Assembly (NCBI RefSeq): GCF_016433145.1
Contig: NC_058132.1
Location: forward strand, 28,975,890 to 29,038,008
From: Gracilinanus agilis
Lineage: Eukaryota
Length of the DNA: 62,119 nt
Direction: 5' to 3'
Numbering within the stretch: the stretch's first letter is position 1; each line of letters begins with the position of its first letter. The translations under genes were made by a program, and so were the position numbers. The notes beneath the pieces are model-generated. The model was not told the DNA's origin. It saw nothing but the letters and a program-made list of their open reading frames with translations, and did not search any database. Positions 44,001-59,100 of the stretch are shown piece after piece.

Positions 44001-46689
44001 CAAATGTTTTTAGTTGATATTTTTTTCAGAATTTAAACATGTAGCACTTAGATTTATGCAAGCAGAAATCAAAAAGATTGTATATAAAAACGAGTATATA
44101 AAAAGTAGTAAAATTCTTTTTAAAAAGCTAAGCTTGGTGGACTAATTGCTCTCAATCAGTAATCACTTGCTTTTAAAAAAAAAGTACATAATAAATTCAA
44201 CGTTACTTTGCCAAAGCATGCTCCTTGAAATTTCCTTCCATTCTCTTTTGTGCATTAAAATATTTTAGGGGCACTCTTTTTTTATTGCTAGGATTGTTCC
44301 ATCCCATTTCCCCATTTTAAAATGGAGGGAAACCTTATAACAAAAAAGCATAGTCAAGCAAAACAAATTTACACTGTGACCATGTCTAAAATGTTAACTT
44401 GTATCTTTCTGAACATTATCAATAATCTCTGTCAAGAGGTAAGTAATATTCTCTAAATAACCTGAAGCCTCTAAGAGAAAACACAAGTTCCTCTCTTTGG
44501 CATTTAAATTCTTTCCCAATCTCCCACCTATTTTTCTACTCCAATTTTTTTTCAGACCCTCACCTTTCATCTTGAAATCAATACTATGTATTGGTTCCAA
44601 GGCAGAAGAGTGATAAAGGCTAGGCAAATGGAGGTTAAGTGACTTGCGCAGGGTCACACAGCTAGGAAGTATCTGAGGTCAAATTTGAATCCAGGACCTC
44701 CAATCTCTGGACCTGACTCTCAGTCCACTGAGCCACCTAGCTGCCCACTTTCTACACCAGTTTCATGTTATTCTTCCTTTCATTTATTCCTATACTCCAG
44801 AAAATTTGTCTTAGGTTCAGATAGTCAGAGATATTAATATAGGTTCTTTGGGCTACTAAAATTCTATTCCTTAGTTTCTTTCTTGTTTATTTTTTGGTTT
44901 GATTTATCTAGTTCTGAGAGGGGAAAGTTAATATTCCTTGCTAATATGTCTGTTTCCTCCTATAACTCATTTAACTTCTTTAGGAATTTGAATGCTATCT
45001 GGTTCATATATGTTTGGTTTTAATATTACTTCATTGTCTATTATATCTTTTTTCAAGATGAAATTGTCTTATCTCCTTAAATTAATGAAATTTTGCTTTT
45101 GCTTTGTCTGAGATCATAATTGCTACCCCTGTTTTTTTAACTTTGGCTGAAGCATCATATATTCTTGCACTAGCTCTTTACCTTTATTCTGTGTGTATCT
45201 CCCTGCTTTAAATGTGCTTTCTGTAGACAGCATGTTGTGGGATTCTAGCTGTTAATCCACTCTGCTATCCTTTTCTGTTTTATGCGTAAATTCATCCTAT
45301 TTACATTCACAGTTGTTATTACTATGTATTTCCCTCCAACTTATTTCTCTCCTGTTTATCTTCTTTCTTTTCTTTCAGCCTTTCTCTATTCACAAATTTC
45401 TTCCTTCTGGTTACTGACTACCCTAGTTCACCCTCCCTTTGGTCCATTCCCACCTTTCTTATTCCCTTCCCCCTCTTACTTCCCTATAGGGTACTGAGAG
45501 TGGACATTACTCCCATTTTGAGCCAATTCTGATGAGAAAGTTTCAAGCATTGCCCACTACCCCACCAATTTTCCTCTTCACTATATTGACTTTTAAACAC
45601 CTCATCATGAGAGATAATTTACTCCTATTTTCCTCTCCTTTTCTCTTTTCCCAATGTGTTCCTTTTTCTTATCCCCTAATTTTTTTATATTATCCCCTCA
45701 AAATCAGCTTACTGATATCTTTCCATATGTGTTCCTACTTGCTGCTTTAATAGTGATAAAATTCTTAAGTATATTCAGTATCTTCAGTGTCTTTTATCTT
45801 AAAAATCTTAATTATCACTTTCTTATGTAGTAATGTAATCAGTTTGATATCACTGATTCCCTGGAGTACCTCAAGTTCTTAAGTAGTTTAAGTATTTGAA
45901 GTATCTCTTTTATCATAGATATCTTAAGTATCCTGGTTAACACTTTGCCATGTAGGAATGTATTTAGTTTAATTCCCTTGAGTTCCTTGAGTTTTCTCTT
46001 CATTTATCTTTATGCTTCTTTTTTGGCTTCAAATTTTCTTTTCAGTTCTGGTCTTTTATCAGAAATACTTCGGGTCCTCTATTTCATTAAATATTCATTA
46101 TGCTCAGTTTTGCTAGGTAGCTGATTCTTGGTTGCAGTTGTAGATCTTTTGCCTTATAGATATCATATTTCTGCCTTCCAGGCTTTTAATATAGAAGCTG
46201 CTAGATCCTGTGTAATCGTAACTGTGGCTCAATAACATTTTAATTGTTGGGGGGATTTTTTTTTCTCCTTAGCTTGAAAGTTCTGAAATTTGGTTACAAT
46301 AATGCTGGAACTTTTAAATTTGGGATCTTTTTTCAGGAGGTAATCAGTAGATTCTTTCAATTTCTATTTTCTCCTTTTGTTCAAGAGCATCAGGGCAGAT
46401 CTCTCTGATAATTTCTTGTACTATATGGTGTTCAGGCTCTTTTTTAAATCATAGCCTTTTCTCCTGGAGCTATTTTCTAGGTCAGTTTTTTTCCAGTGAG
46501 AATTTCAGATTTTCTATTATTTTTCCATTCTTTTGAATTTGTTTTATTGTTTCCTGATGTCTTATGGCATCATTAGTTTCCATTTGTCCCATTCTAATTT
46601 TTAGTGAGTCATTTTTTTGCTTGAGGTTTTATACTTCCTTTTTGGGGGAGTTATTTTCTTTAGCAATTTTTTTTCTAGGTTTCAGTCTC

Positions 46690-47074
46690 ATTAACAGGGG
46701 GTCTGCCCAGAGACAGATAAAACCAGAGTGAAGTAATATAGCAAAGTATTATTTAGAGGAAAAGGGGGCAAAGGGAGATGGGAGGCCAATGGCAGTAGAA
46801 GGTGGGGGGAGGGGAGAGGGAGAATAAGGGGGAGGTGTAGGAAAAAGATCAATTCCAGCAAAGATGGCTGCAGAGCCTCCACTGAGTGGAGAAGGGGTCA
46901 GTCTCTTATAGTGTAGTTGTCTGGGATGATGTAACCTGGATTATCTCTCTTGGTTCAGATTGTGCTACTTGGATCCAGTCGTTGGATGATCCTGAGAAAG
47001 TTGGCTTTGTAGGTAGGGGCTTTTGGTTCCCAGGCTTGTGCAAAGTTGAGGGATAAGATTTTGGTGTTCTGCCA
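46690..47074 (-). mobile_element. Probable solo LTR inserted in L1 ORF1
   Basis: Non-L1 ~390-nt insert with a TATAAGA element and U5-like sequence. Boundaries are uncertain. Confidence 0.45.
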
Positions 47075-47160
47075 GGCAGTTGATATTTTCATTCCTTTCT
47101 CAGCTTTTCTTCTATTTCTCCTATTTGTTTTGTCATATTTTATAGCTCTTCCAGGAATTC

Positions 47161-49782
<2,622 letters not shown>

Positions 49783-50352
49783 TTATTGGAACCTTACCTA
49801 TATACTGAAACTCTGCTCCTAGGATGGAAGAAGTAGCATTGTAAGCTCACACTGTGGTCATTTCCAATGTCTGGGGTCCACCCAGCTGCATCTTGGGTCC
49901 TGTGGAGTGAGCACTCTGTGGGGCCAGGCCAGCTGGCCGCTGTAGGGAGGCCTGCAGGTTTTCCATCCAGATGCTACTTGAGCTAGATTGTGTTGGGTTC
50001 TGCGTTCTACAGCAGCAGCTGGACCCTGTTAGATTGCATTCCTTTCATTGCTGCCCTCATTGAGGGTTGAGTTAGAATCCACTACCCCTGAACTGTGCTG
50101 GGCTTCATTCCTCCCACCACTGCCCACACTGTATCAAGTTGCATTCTGCTCTCTCCTCCTGAGGCTAGGCTGAACCCAATTTTACTCCTTCCCAGTAGCT
50201 TGTACTGGATTGTGCCTGAGTTCCACCTTGGCAAACTTGACTTTGTTCTCCCCTCCTACCCCAGTGATGTGGGCTCTCCTTGCTATCCCTCTACACTGTT
50301 CTGGATAGAGAGCTCTACTTCACACTGTCTTCTGTGAGTCTCACTGCTCCAG

Positions 50353-50497
50353 NNNNNNNNNNNNNNNNNNNNNNNNNNNNNNNNNNNNNNNNNNNNNNNN
50401 NNNNNNNNNNNNNNNNNNNNNNNNNNNNNNNNNNNNNNNNNNNNNNNNNNNNNNNNNNNNNNNNNNNNNNNNNNNNNNNNNNNNNNNNNNNNNNNNN
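50353..50497. other. Assembly gap (145 N)
   Basis: Run of N; both flanks look like the 5' UTR of the same minus-strand L1. Confidence 0.99.
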
Positions 50498-50849
50498 GTG
50501 AGCTGGGAGCACTCCTTTTTCTGCCATTTTGACTCCCAGAAGGGGAATTTCCAATAGCTTAATTAGACTTCCAGCTTCCGGACTTTCCCTTTCTCAGCCA
50601 GTTTGCCTCCACATAAAGCATGAATATGACCCTATCACTCTCCAGCTCAAGAACCTTCAAGGGCACCTCAGTGTCTTTGACCCTTCACATCCTACCTGCC
50701 TTTGTAGGCTCATTGCACATTATTCCCCTTCACATGATTTTTGTGATAACTAAAATGGCATACTTACTGTTTTTCTGAACTCAGAATTCCTTCTCCTCCT
50801 TGCCTCCTGTAACAAATGAAATTCTCTGGGGAATATATATATATTTTTT

Positions 50850-51755
50850 TTAATTTAAATTTTGAATATTTTCCCATAGTTACATGTTTCATGTTCTTTC
50901 CCTCTCCCCCAAACCCCCCACCCCCATAGCTGACGCACAATTCCACTGGATTTTACATGTATCATTGATTAAGACCTAATTCTATATTATTGATAGTTGG
51001 ACTAGAGTTATCGTTTAGTGTCTACATCCCCAATAATATTCCCATCAGGCCACTGATCAAGCAGTTGTTTTTATTCTGTGTTTTTACTCCCACAGTTCTT
51101 CCTCTGAGTGTGGCTAGTTTGCTCTGGATCCTTGCATTGCTGCTAGTAGAAAAGTCTGTTATGTTCAGTTGTACCACAGTGTATCAGTCTCTGTGTTTAA
51201 GGTTCTCCTGGATCTACTCCTTTCACTCTGCATCAATTTCCTGGAGGTCATTCCAGTTCACATGGAATCCCTCCAGTTTATTATTCCTTTGAGCACAGTA
51301 GTATTCCATCATCAACAGGTACCACAATTTCTTCAGCCATTCCCCAATCGAAGGACATTCCCTCATTTTCCAATTTTTTGCCACCACAAAGTGCATGGCT
51401 ATAAATATTTTTGTACAAGTCTTTTTCCTTATGATCTCTTTGGGATATAAACCCAGCAGTGCTATGGCTGGATCAAAAGGCAGATAATCTTTTAGAGCTC
51501 TTTGGGCATAGTTCCAAATTACCATCCAGAATGTGGATCCATTCACAACTCCACCAGAAATGCATTAATATCCCAATTTTGCCACATCTCCTCCCACGTT
51601 CACCAGTTTCCTTTGCTGTCATGTTAGCTAATCTGCTAGGTGTGAGGTTGCTTTGATTTGCATTTCTCTAATTATAAGAGATTTAGAACACTTTTTCATG
51701 TGTTTGTTGATAATTTTGATTTCTTTATCTGAAAATTGCCTATTTGTGTCCCTTG
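50850..51755 (-). mobile_element. L1 3' fragment (ORF2 C-terminus and 3' UTR)
   Basis: ORF 51223-51546 contains LPFDPAIALLGLYPKE..CPSIGEWLKKLWY..MEYY, typical of the L1 ORF2 C-terminus. Confidence 0.9.
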
Positions 51756-51769
51756 CTGGGGGCTATATA

Positions 51770-52434
51770 TATTAAATGTAATTTCTTAATCAAACTCTCA
51801 AGAAAATCTAATTAGCCAATGGACTCTCTGAGTAGCCTTAACAGATATCACAGAACTTGAGTGGGACAGAAGGCAGGGGCCCAAAAAGAGAGATATGATC
51901 GAGAGTAGCCAAGCAGCAGGGCTGGGCCAGAGAGAGGAGCATGACTAACTAAGCAGCTAGGCTTGGGGAGAAAAGAGTAAGAATGTAGTCAGAAAACAGG
52001 GACAAAAGATACCTCCTTCCTCAAGTCTAGAGCATATCTTATATATACCTTGAGCCATCCTCATCCAGTCCCTCCCTAGGACATCCTATGAGGTTTCTGA
52101 TTGAAAGATAGCCACACAGGAAGTGGCCTCAGAGACCTTGGTTTCTCCCTCACCATTTCATCCCAGAAAGAAGCTACCAACCTCCTGCCATGTGACTAGA
52201 CTACCATGACTGCTAGAACTGACTGACTTCATTATTTAAGAGAGTTCTTGTTTACAGATACATAAGAAGCAGGTCTCCACCCTGTCTATAAAAGATCTTG
52301 GCAAAAGAAGGGACGGCCCAACCTAGTTTCGTAGTCTTGGGAAGAGGCTATTGAAGCTTTCAAATCAAACTATTCTTGGGGGCCAAAGGGGGAACCAATT
52401 CAGTATACCAATCCACTATTAAATGTCTGCAACA
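51770..52434 (-). mobile_element. Probable solo LTR
   Basis: Minus strand starts TGTTGCAG.. and contains TATA-like (TATATATAAG) and U5-like sequence. Confidence 0.55.
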
Positions 52435-52807
52435 CTTTAGCCCAGGCTGTCCCCCATGCCTGACATGCATGTCCTCCTCTCTTCTGTCTCTTAGAATGCT
52501 GAGTTTCCTTCAAGGCCCAGCTAATGAGTTTTTCCATCTCCTATGGAAAGCCTTTCCAGCCTCCTGGTGTGTTTCCCTCCTCAAATGGTCATGTACTGCA
52601 TATATCTTTCTGTCTACATGTTCTTTCCTCCTCAGGAATTAGTTTTGGGGTTTTGTCTTGGCATTCATATCACCTTTGTTTTTGTTACCCCTCCCATACT
52701 CTTTTATACCGCCCCTTTATGTGTTGTAAACTATCTTGCTTGTATTTGTGCCTTTAATGCTTAGCACAGTTCCTGGCACAGAGTAATTACTTTCTTTTTT
52801 TTTTTTT

Positions 52808-52980
52808 TAAACCCTTAACTTCTGTGTATTGGCTCCTAGGTGGAAGAGTGGTAAGGGTGGGCAATGGGGGTCAAGTGACTTGCCCAGGGTCACACAGCTG
52901 GGAAGTGTCTGAGGCCGGATTTGAACCCAAGACCACCCATCTCTAGGCCTGACTCTCAATCCACTGAGCTACCCAGCTGC
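52808..52980 (-). mobile_element. Young SINE1_Mdo-type SINE
   Basis: Near-consensus copy ending ..CACCTAGGAGCCAATACACAGAAGTTAAGGGTTTAAAAA. Confidence 0.9.
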
Positions 52981-55900
52981 ACCCCCCCCCCAGAGTAAAG
53001 TAATTACTTTCTAAATGCTTTTTTCTTTGATTTATTCATTTGAGTTAATTCAGAGCCTCTGTGGGGGGCACTCAGGGATATTTTTGTGGGATTCCCAGTG
53101 GGTTTACAAATATGTCACTCTGAAGGATTTAGGACTCTGCTATCCTAACAATGAATGTTATTCTTATAGGGTGTTTGAGCGCTGTTGGCTTAGTGTCATT
53201 TTGAGGTTTTAGTAGATTCATGGGAGTTATTGTGGCATTACTAGGTGCTTGCTAGACTATTATAGGAGATCTCTGGGACCAGATGGGGCTTCCTTTTCAA
53301 TTTCCTGGAAGGTTTCCAGGGGGTTCACAGATGAGTTCCCACTGGGAACCCACAGTTGCTTTGCTGACAGTCTATACCCCCTGCTCTCTGTGTTTGTTAT
53401 GATGGTATCTGTGGAATCCTTTTGGTCTCACATGGTTATATCATAAGTATTGCCACCAGCTGTGTGTTTTTGTGGATCCTCCCTGGTCCCAGGGGGGACT
53501 CACCCAGGGATCTTGTCTGTTCTAGCTCTGAATTCCAGCTAGACTATGGAAGTGATGGTGTGGGATATTTTTAGGGTAGGCTTCCTTAGGGCTCCCAGGT
53601 ATATTATTAGGTGTACCCTGACCTCAGATACCATTACAAGGTATTGTTATAGGATCGCTAGGCCTACGGAGGGCCCAAGGGGTAAAACTGGATGGTCTCC
53701 AGGTCACTTTCTGGGTTTAGGGGAGTTTTTCAAGGTTTTGGAGTTTCATCAATGTTAATCAATGAATGAATGAATGCTGTCTCTTGTCAGGCACTCTGCT
53801 TCCCCCTGCACCACATCCTATAATTCCTGGACCATATGCTGATGTCCCTTGTAAGGGATAAGCCTCTTCTGCTCTCATTTTAGCTCCCAGAGATTTACTC
53901 ACACAGTCACATACCCCCACTCAGATTCCTACCCCACCCCTCCATGCTTCCTAGCCAGGTTTTTAGCACCCTCTGTCGAGGGAGGACTGCTTTCAGAGGG
54001 AAGCCCAGCTTCCAGCTCTCTCTAACCTCGCGTTGCTTTCTTTTCTTTCCGTTCACCTGCTCCTCTTATACCTTGCCCCAGAATTCTCCGCTTCTTTTTA
54101 ATTCCTGTGTCTCCTTATCTCCTCTCTCTAGATCTCTCGAGGAGTCCTCACCTCCCTTCTCTTGCTTATGGCTTATAGTCCCCCAAGTCTCACTCCGTGG
54201 AGCCAGCCCTGGGAAATCGAGGGGATCCTGGGAGCCGGTGTATGAACTGTTCATCCATGACAATCCAAGAGTACAAGGGTGGAAGCTAGAGGAACCAGGG
54301 AGTTGGCAGTTTGGCTGAAGCAGATGGGAGGGCTGGGCACCCCCTCTGTCCTGGTAGGGTTTGTGGTGTGTCAGGTCACTGGGTGGCTATATACGGAGGA
54401 TCTTAGAAGCAGAAAAAAAGGTCTGGGGCCCTTGCCTTGCCTCTAGTTAGCATCAGACGTAGCCATGGCCCTTCCCTTCTTCTCCCCCTGCACTGTTATT
54501 TTCCCTCTCTGCCCAGCAACAGCTTATTTCCTGCCTTGGCTCCCCAGGGCCTCATCCCAGATGCTCCCTCTTTCCATCTCCATCGTGGGGGGGGGCAGGG
54601 AGTGAAAACATCGAGGGAAAACTGTTCACAAGTTTCCATTCCCTGTGCTGCCCTTCCCCCGCCCCACTAGCTCTAGAACCCAGGCATTCAGCCAGCTGTC
54701 TGGTAGCTGTTGATCCCCAAATCCTCAGGCAGCCTGGTGGGGGGGGGTACAGAGGTGGGCATCTGGATTGGTGGCTAAATCCAATGAAGTTGGGTGATTT
54801 AAGGCCAGATTTCTGACCCTACACGACATGTCATCCTCTCAGAGTTGAGCTTAAAGCATCTGCCCCCTTACCCCCACCCTGCCCCCGCCATTGCAATCCT
54901 CAGACATCCAGCTTCTCCTCTCGGGCCCTCTCCCCAGAAGGCCCCAGGTGGCCGCCTCCCCAGCCTCACACCCTTCCCCGCACGGTCGGAGGCATCCATC
55001 CCGCCCCTCCCGGCCCCTCTTCTTAGGGACCCAGGTGTCCGGTCTTCTGTGGGAAGGGGAGATTTCTCAGGGATCCGCTCCCTTCCCTCCCACCTGCCTG
55101 TCCCAGCTGCCCTAGACCCCTTTGGCCCTCGTGGGAACGCGCGGCTGGGACCCTCATTGAACCGTCAGGACAAGCTGCTCCGTTCCCAGCCTCCTAGTCC
55201 CCGGCCCCGCCTCCTTTTCTGGTGTCTCCCGGGTGACCAGAGAGGCAGTGAGGACCGAGGCAAGTGTGCAGGCTTCAATGCCTGGGAGCTTGCGGCGGAG
55301 GGGTGGGCGGTGGCCCCCAGAGCTCCGGGCGTGATACGGCGGCGGAAGGGTTGGTATTGCTTGGTTTGAGCAACTTTGTCTCATACAGCCCATAACTAGG
55401 CTGGGAACCCGGGGAGGGGGGGGGGCAGGATGCGGAGACGCCCCTTTGGCTGTCTCTTCAGCACCCCTCTCCCTCCGTCACTGACTCAGTTTCCCTCCCA
55501 AACCTCTGGCCCCGATCTGACCTTGTTCTTAGGCTAAAAATAGCCCTCCATCCCCAGGTCGGCAGCTCAGCTGGGACCCCTGAGGCCTGGGCCGTTTATA
55601 TCGTCTTTTCCACTTGGGGACCCGGGAGACTCGGCTTCCTCCCCCTAGGGCCGCGGCTGAGCGACTTTGTTCCACTGACTGAACGAACTCCCAGCCACAC
55701 CCCAACAGGGAGCCCCCAAACCCCCCCTCCCAGGCCAGACCCCCTGCGTCTGCCCCTTAGCCCACTGCCCTCCCTCCTCCCCTCCCGACAGGTGCCCCCC
55801 CCTTCCCAGCCCCCTCCCCGGTCTCATTCTCAGCCTAGGAAGGGTTTTCTCAATGAGGAGGGGCGGGCCCAGTTGGGGGCGGGGCGGGGGCGGGCTGCCC

Positions 55901-56114
55901 AAGTGTGTAGCCTGGCCCAACCCGGGGGGACTTGCGGAGCGGCAGGCTAGCGGAGAGACTGGAAGAAGCCGGAGCCCCGCTTCCAGGAGCTTGAGCCTGA
56001 GGGGTCCGGAGGGCCGCCTTGGGGGCGAAAGGAGCAGAAGGGGCGGGGCTCCAGAAGAGCTTTTTGTGGGGGACAGAAAGTTTGGGGAGTTGAGGAAGCC
56101 CCAAGCCGGCCAAG

Positions 56115-59100
56115 ATGCTTTCGGGCCACTTCCTTCTGCTGCTCCTTCTCCTGGGCTCCAGTGCAGGTACGGGATAGGAAGTGAGCGGAGGGGTAGCGCT
56201 CTCTCCGCGAGCCTCATTTTCCTTTCCAGTTCTTCCAGCTCTGGTGGGGCGGGGGGCAGGCCTCAGAGCCAGCAGCACCAGCTCTAGGGCTCTGGGGGGG
56301 GAGGACAGAGACCAGGGAAGGGGACAGGTCCGAAGCTGGGTCCTGGGGGAAGGGACCAGTGCACCGGAATTCTGTTACCTTCCACAGAAGAGCACTGAGA
56401 CTGGGGCCAAGGGAGAGGAGAGGGTGAGGTCTAGTTCTGCTCCCACCCTACCTACCTTAGGGGAGAGGTCTGGCCTTTCCAAGCCTGGCCGGGGGCCTGA
56501 GGAAGGTTGGGCTCCCTGCAGCTCCCTGAGAAGCTCTTGATTGTCTTTCTCCTCTGCCAGGCCATGCTCCCCATTTCCTACAGCAGCCTGAAGACCTGGA
56601 GGTTGTCCTGGGGGAGGAGGCCACGCTCCCCTGTGTCCTCAGCGGCTATCATGGTTTGGTTCAATGGACAAAAGATGGACTAGCCCTGGGGGGTGAACGG
56701 GATCTGCCTGGTGAGAAGAAGCCTCAGGAGTGATTTAGGGGCTGGAGCATCTCTGGAAAGGGGATTAGAGAAGTCTTGGCTGCACTGGGCTTTGGAAATC
56801 TGAACCTTCTCCCTTTGGTTACATGGCTCTCCCAGGGTGGTCCCGGTACTGGATCTCTGGAGACAGGGCCACTGGCCACCATGACCTGCACATCGGGGCA
56901 GCTGAACTGGGCGACGAAGCATCCTACGAGTGTCAGGCCACCCAGGCCGCTCTTCGCTCCCGACCGGCTCGGCTCCAGGTACTTGGTGAGTGATACGTGA
57001 TCCCTTTTCTAGCTGGGACTCTTTGGGGCATTTGTCCCAACTCACTGGTCCAACCTCACACATTTGGCCTCCAGGACTCAAGAACTGGTCCCCCATGTAT
57101 TGCTTCAAGGTCCCAAGTGTTTGCCTCCTCTATTGCTAACTATGTGTGCCCGTACAAGGCACAGGATGGGGTCTCTGATGAAACAGGGAGGGCTGGGGCT
57201 CACTGTTCTGCTTTTCTCCTTAGTTCCCCCAGAAGCACCTGAAGTGTTAGGGGCTCCAACGGTGGCTCTGGTCGCTGGGGTTCCTGGGAATCTGACCTGC
57301 CGGACCCGAGGTGGAGCTCGACCGATGCCTGAGCTGCTCTGGTTTCGGGATGGGGTCCGTCTGGAAGGAGCCACTTACAGCCAGGTCAGATTATAATCTG
57401 GAGCTGCCTCCCTCACAGCATGGAGAGGACAGAATGTTCTGTGGAAACTTTTGCAAGCTGTTGGGTAACAGCGACCTCTCCAGGGGATGAGAATCCAGAG
57501 ATAAATTGGGCTCTTTCCTCACTGAGGGTCAAAGAAGTCAACCACCCTTAACCCCCTTCCCTTTTTCCACCCCCCAGACTCTGCTGCCCAGTGGGATCCT
57601 GGGAGCAGTGGAGAGCTCTCTCTCAATCACTCCCTCTGCCCAGGATGACGGTGCCTCTTTCATCTGCCAGGCCCGAAGCCCAGCCTTGCCCAGGGGGAAA
57701 GACACTAAGGTCACCCTCAGCCTGCAGTGTGAGAACTGGACATCTGGGATCTGTGGGGGATTTGAAGGGCTCTTGGACAAGGAAGCAAGGGATGTTGGGC
57801 AACTCCTGCTTTACTCTGACTACAATCTCCTTCCATCTCCTAGATCCCCCAGTGGTGACCCTTTCTGCTGAGCCACAGACTGTGCCCGAGGGTGGGAAGG
57901 TCACATTTCTGTGCAGAGCAACAGCCCACCCCCCAGTCATTGGCTACAGGTGAGCCTACAAAACAGTGGGACTCTCAAGACTCCGTACTTGAGGCCCCCA
58001 CCAATACTGAGCCTTCCCATCCCCCAGGTGGGCAAAAGGGGGATCTGTGCTGCCTGGAGCTCGAGGGCCCCTTTTAGAGGTGAAAGCTGATGCTTCCTTC
58101 CTGACTGAACCTGTGTCCTGTGAGGCTACCAATGCCGTGGGCAGCACCAATCGGAGCACAGCATTGGATGTGCAGTGTGAGTAGAGGGGCAAGACCTCTT
58201 GTCTCCAAAGGGGCTGTGACTGGGATGTTCCTAGTGTCTGGGTCCCTACAGCAGGTAAAGAAGCTGTCTTCTTGAGGCAGCTGGGTAGCTCAGTGAATCA
58301 AGAGCCTGGCCTAGAGATCCAGGCTTCAAATCTGGCCTCAGACACCTCCTAGCTGGGTGACCCTGGACAAGTCACTTCACTCCCATTGCCTAGCCCTTAC
58401 TGCTCTTCTGCCTTGGAACCAATACAGAGTATTGATTCTAAAACGAAAATTAAGGGTTTTTAAAAAAATCTATCATGCAGGGCTTCCTGCAGGGCTTGGG
58501 AGGACTGTGAGGCCCTCCTGATGCCTTGAGGCACTCTCAAAGCCTAGAGGTGGCTGGGCAGCTTAGGAGGGCTGCAGCCTGGGTCCTCCTAGCCTCACTG
58601 ACAGCCTCCTTTAACCTCTAGTCGGTCCTCTCCTCCTTTCTCCGCCTGAGCCACTGGCGGTGGATGTGGGGGAAGACGCCTCCTTCACCTGCACCTGGAA
58701 GGGAAACCCACCCCCACGAGTAACCTGGGTCCGTCATGGGGGGTCGAAGGTAAGGGACAGAGTGAGGGGCAGGGCCAGGGCTCTGGATTTAGCCCATTTT
58801 CTCCTTCCCATCTCCCCTAACCCACTCGTCTTGTGTCCACAGATCCTCAGTTCTGGGCCCACCTTGCGTCTGGTGTCCGTGGGGCCCGGAGACTCGGGAA
58901 GCTACCAGTGTCGGGTGGAGCCAGGACCTTCAGGAATGGGGGGCGGCCTGGGGGAGGCCACCTTGACTGTGCACGGTGAGCAGAGGTTGGGGGCAGGCCA
59001 GAGGGCAGGGGGTAGAGAAGCCTGGGTGAGGGCCAGAGAGGCCCTGACTGCACCTTGAATCCTCCCAGGCCCCCCGGCAGTGACTGCCCTGCACTCGCCT

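Noticed and set aside
50768-50825. Exon-like segment reading ..RRQGGEGILSSEK, vaguely like nephrin RRLAEGISEK
   Set aside because: Poor polypyrimidine tract, adjacent to an L1 tail, wrong position for a 3' nephrin exon, and no neighbouring exons.
54066-54263. ORF containing YTGSQDPLDFPG, vaguely like the nephrin tail FTGEDEDMAFPG
   Set aside because: The similarity is too short, lacks the YDEV motifs, and sits where the 5' end rather than the 3' end of NPHS1 would be.
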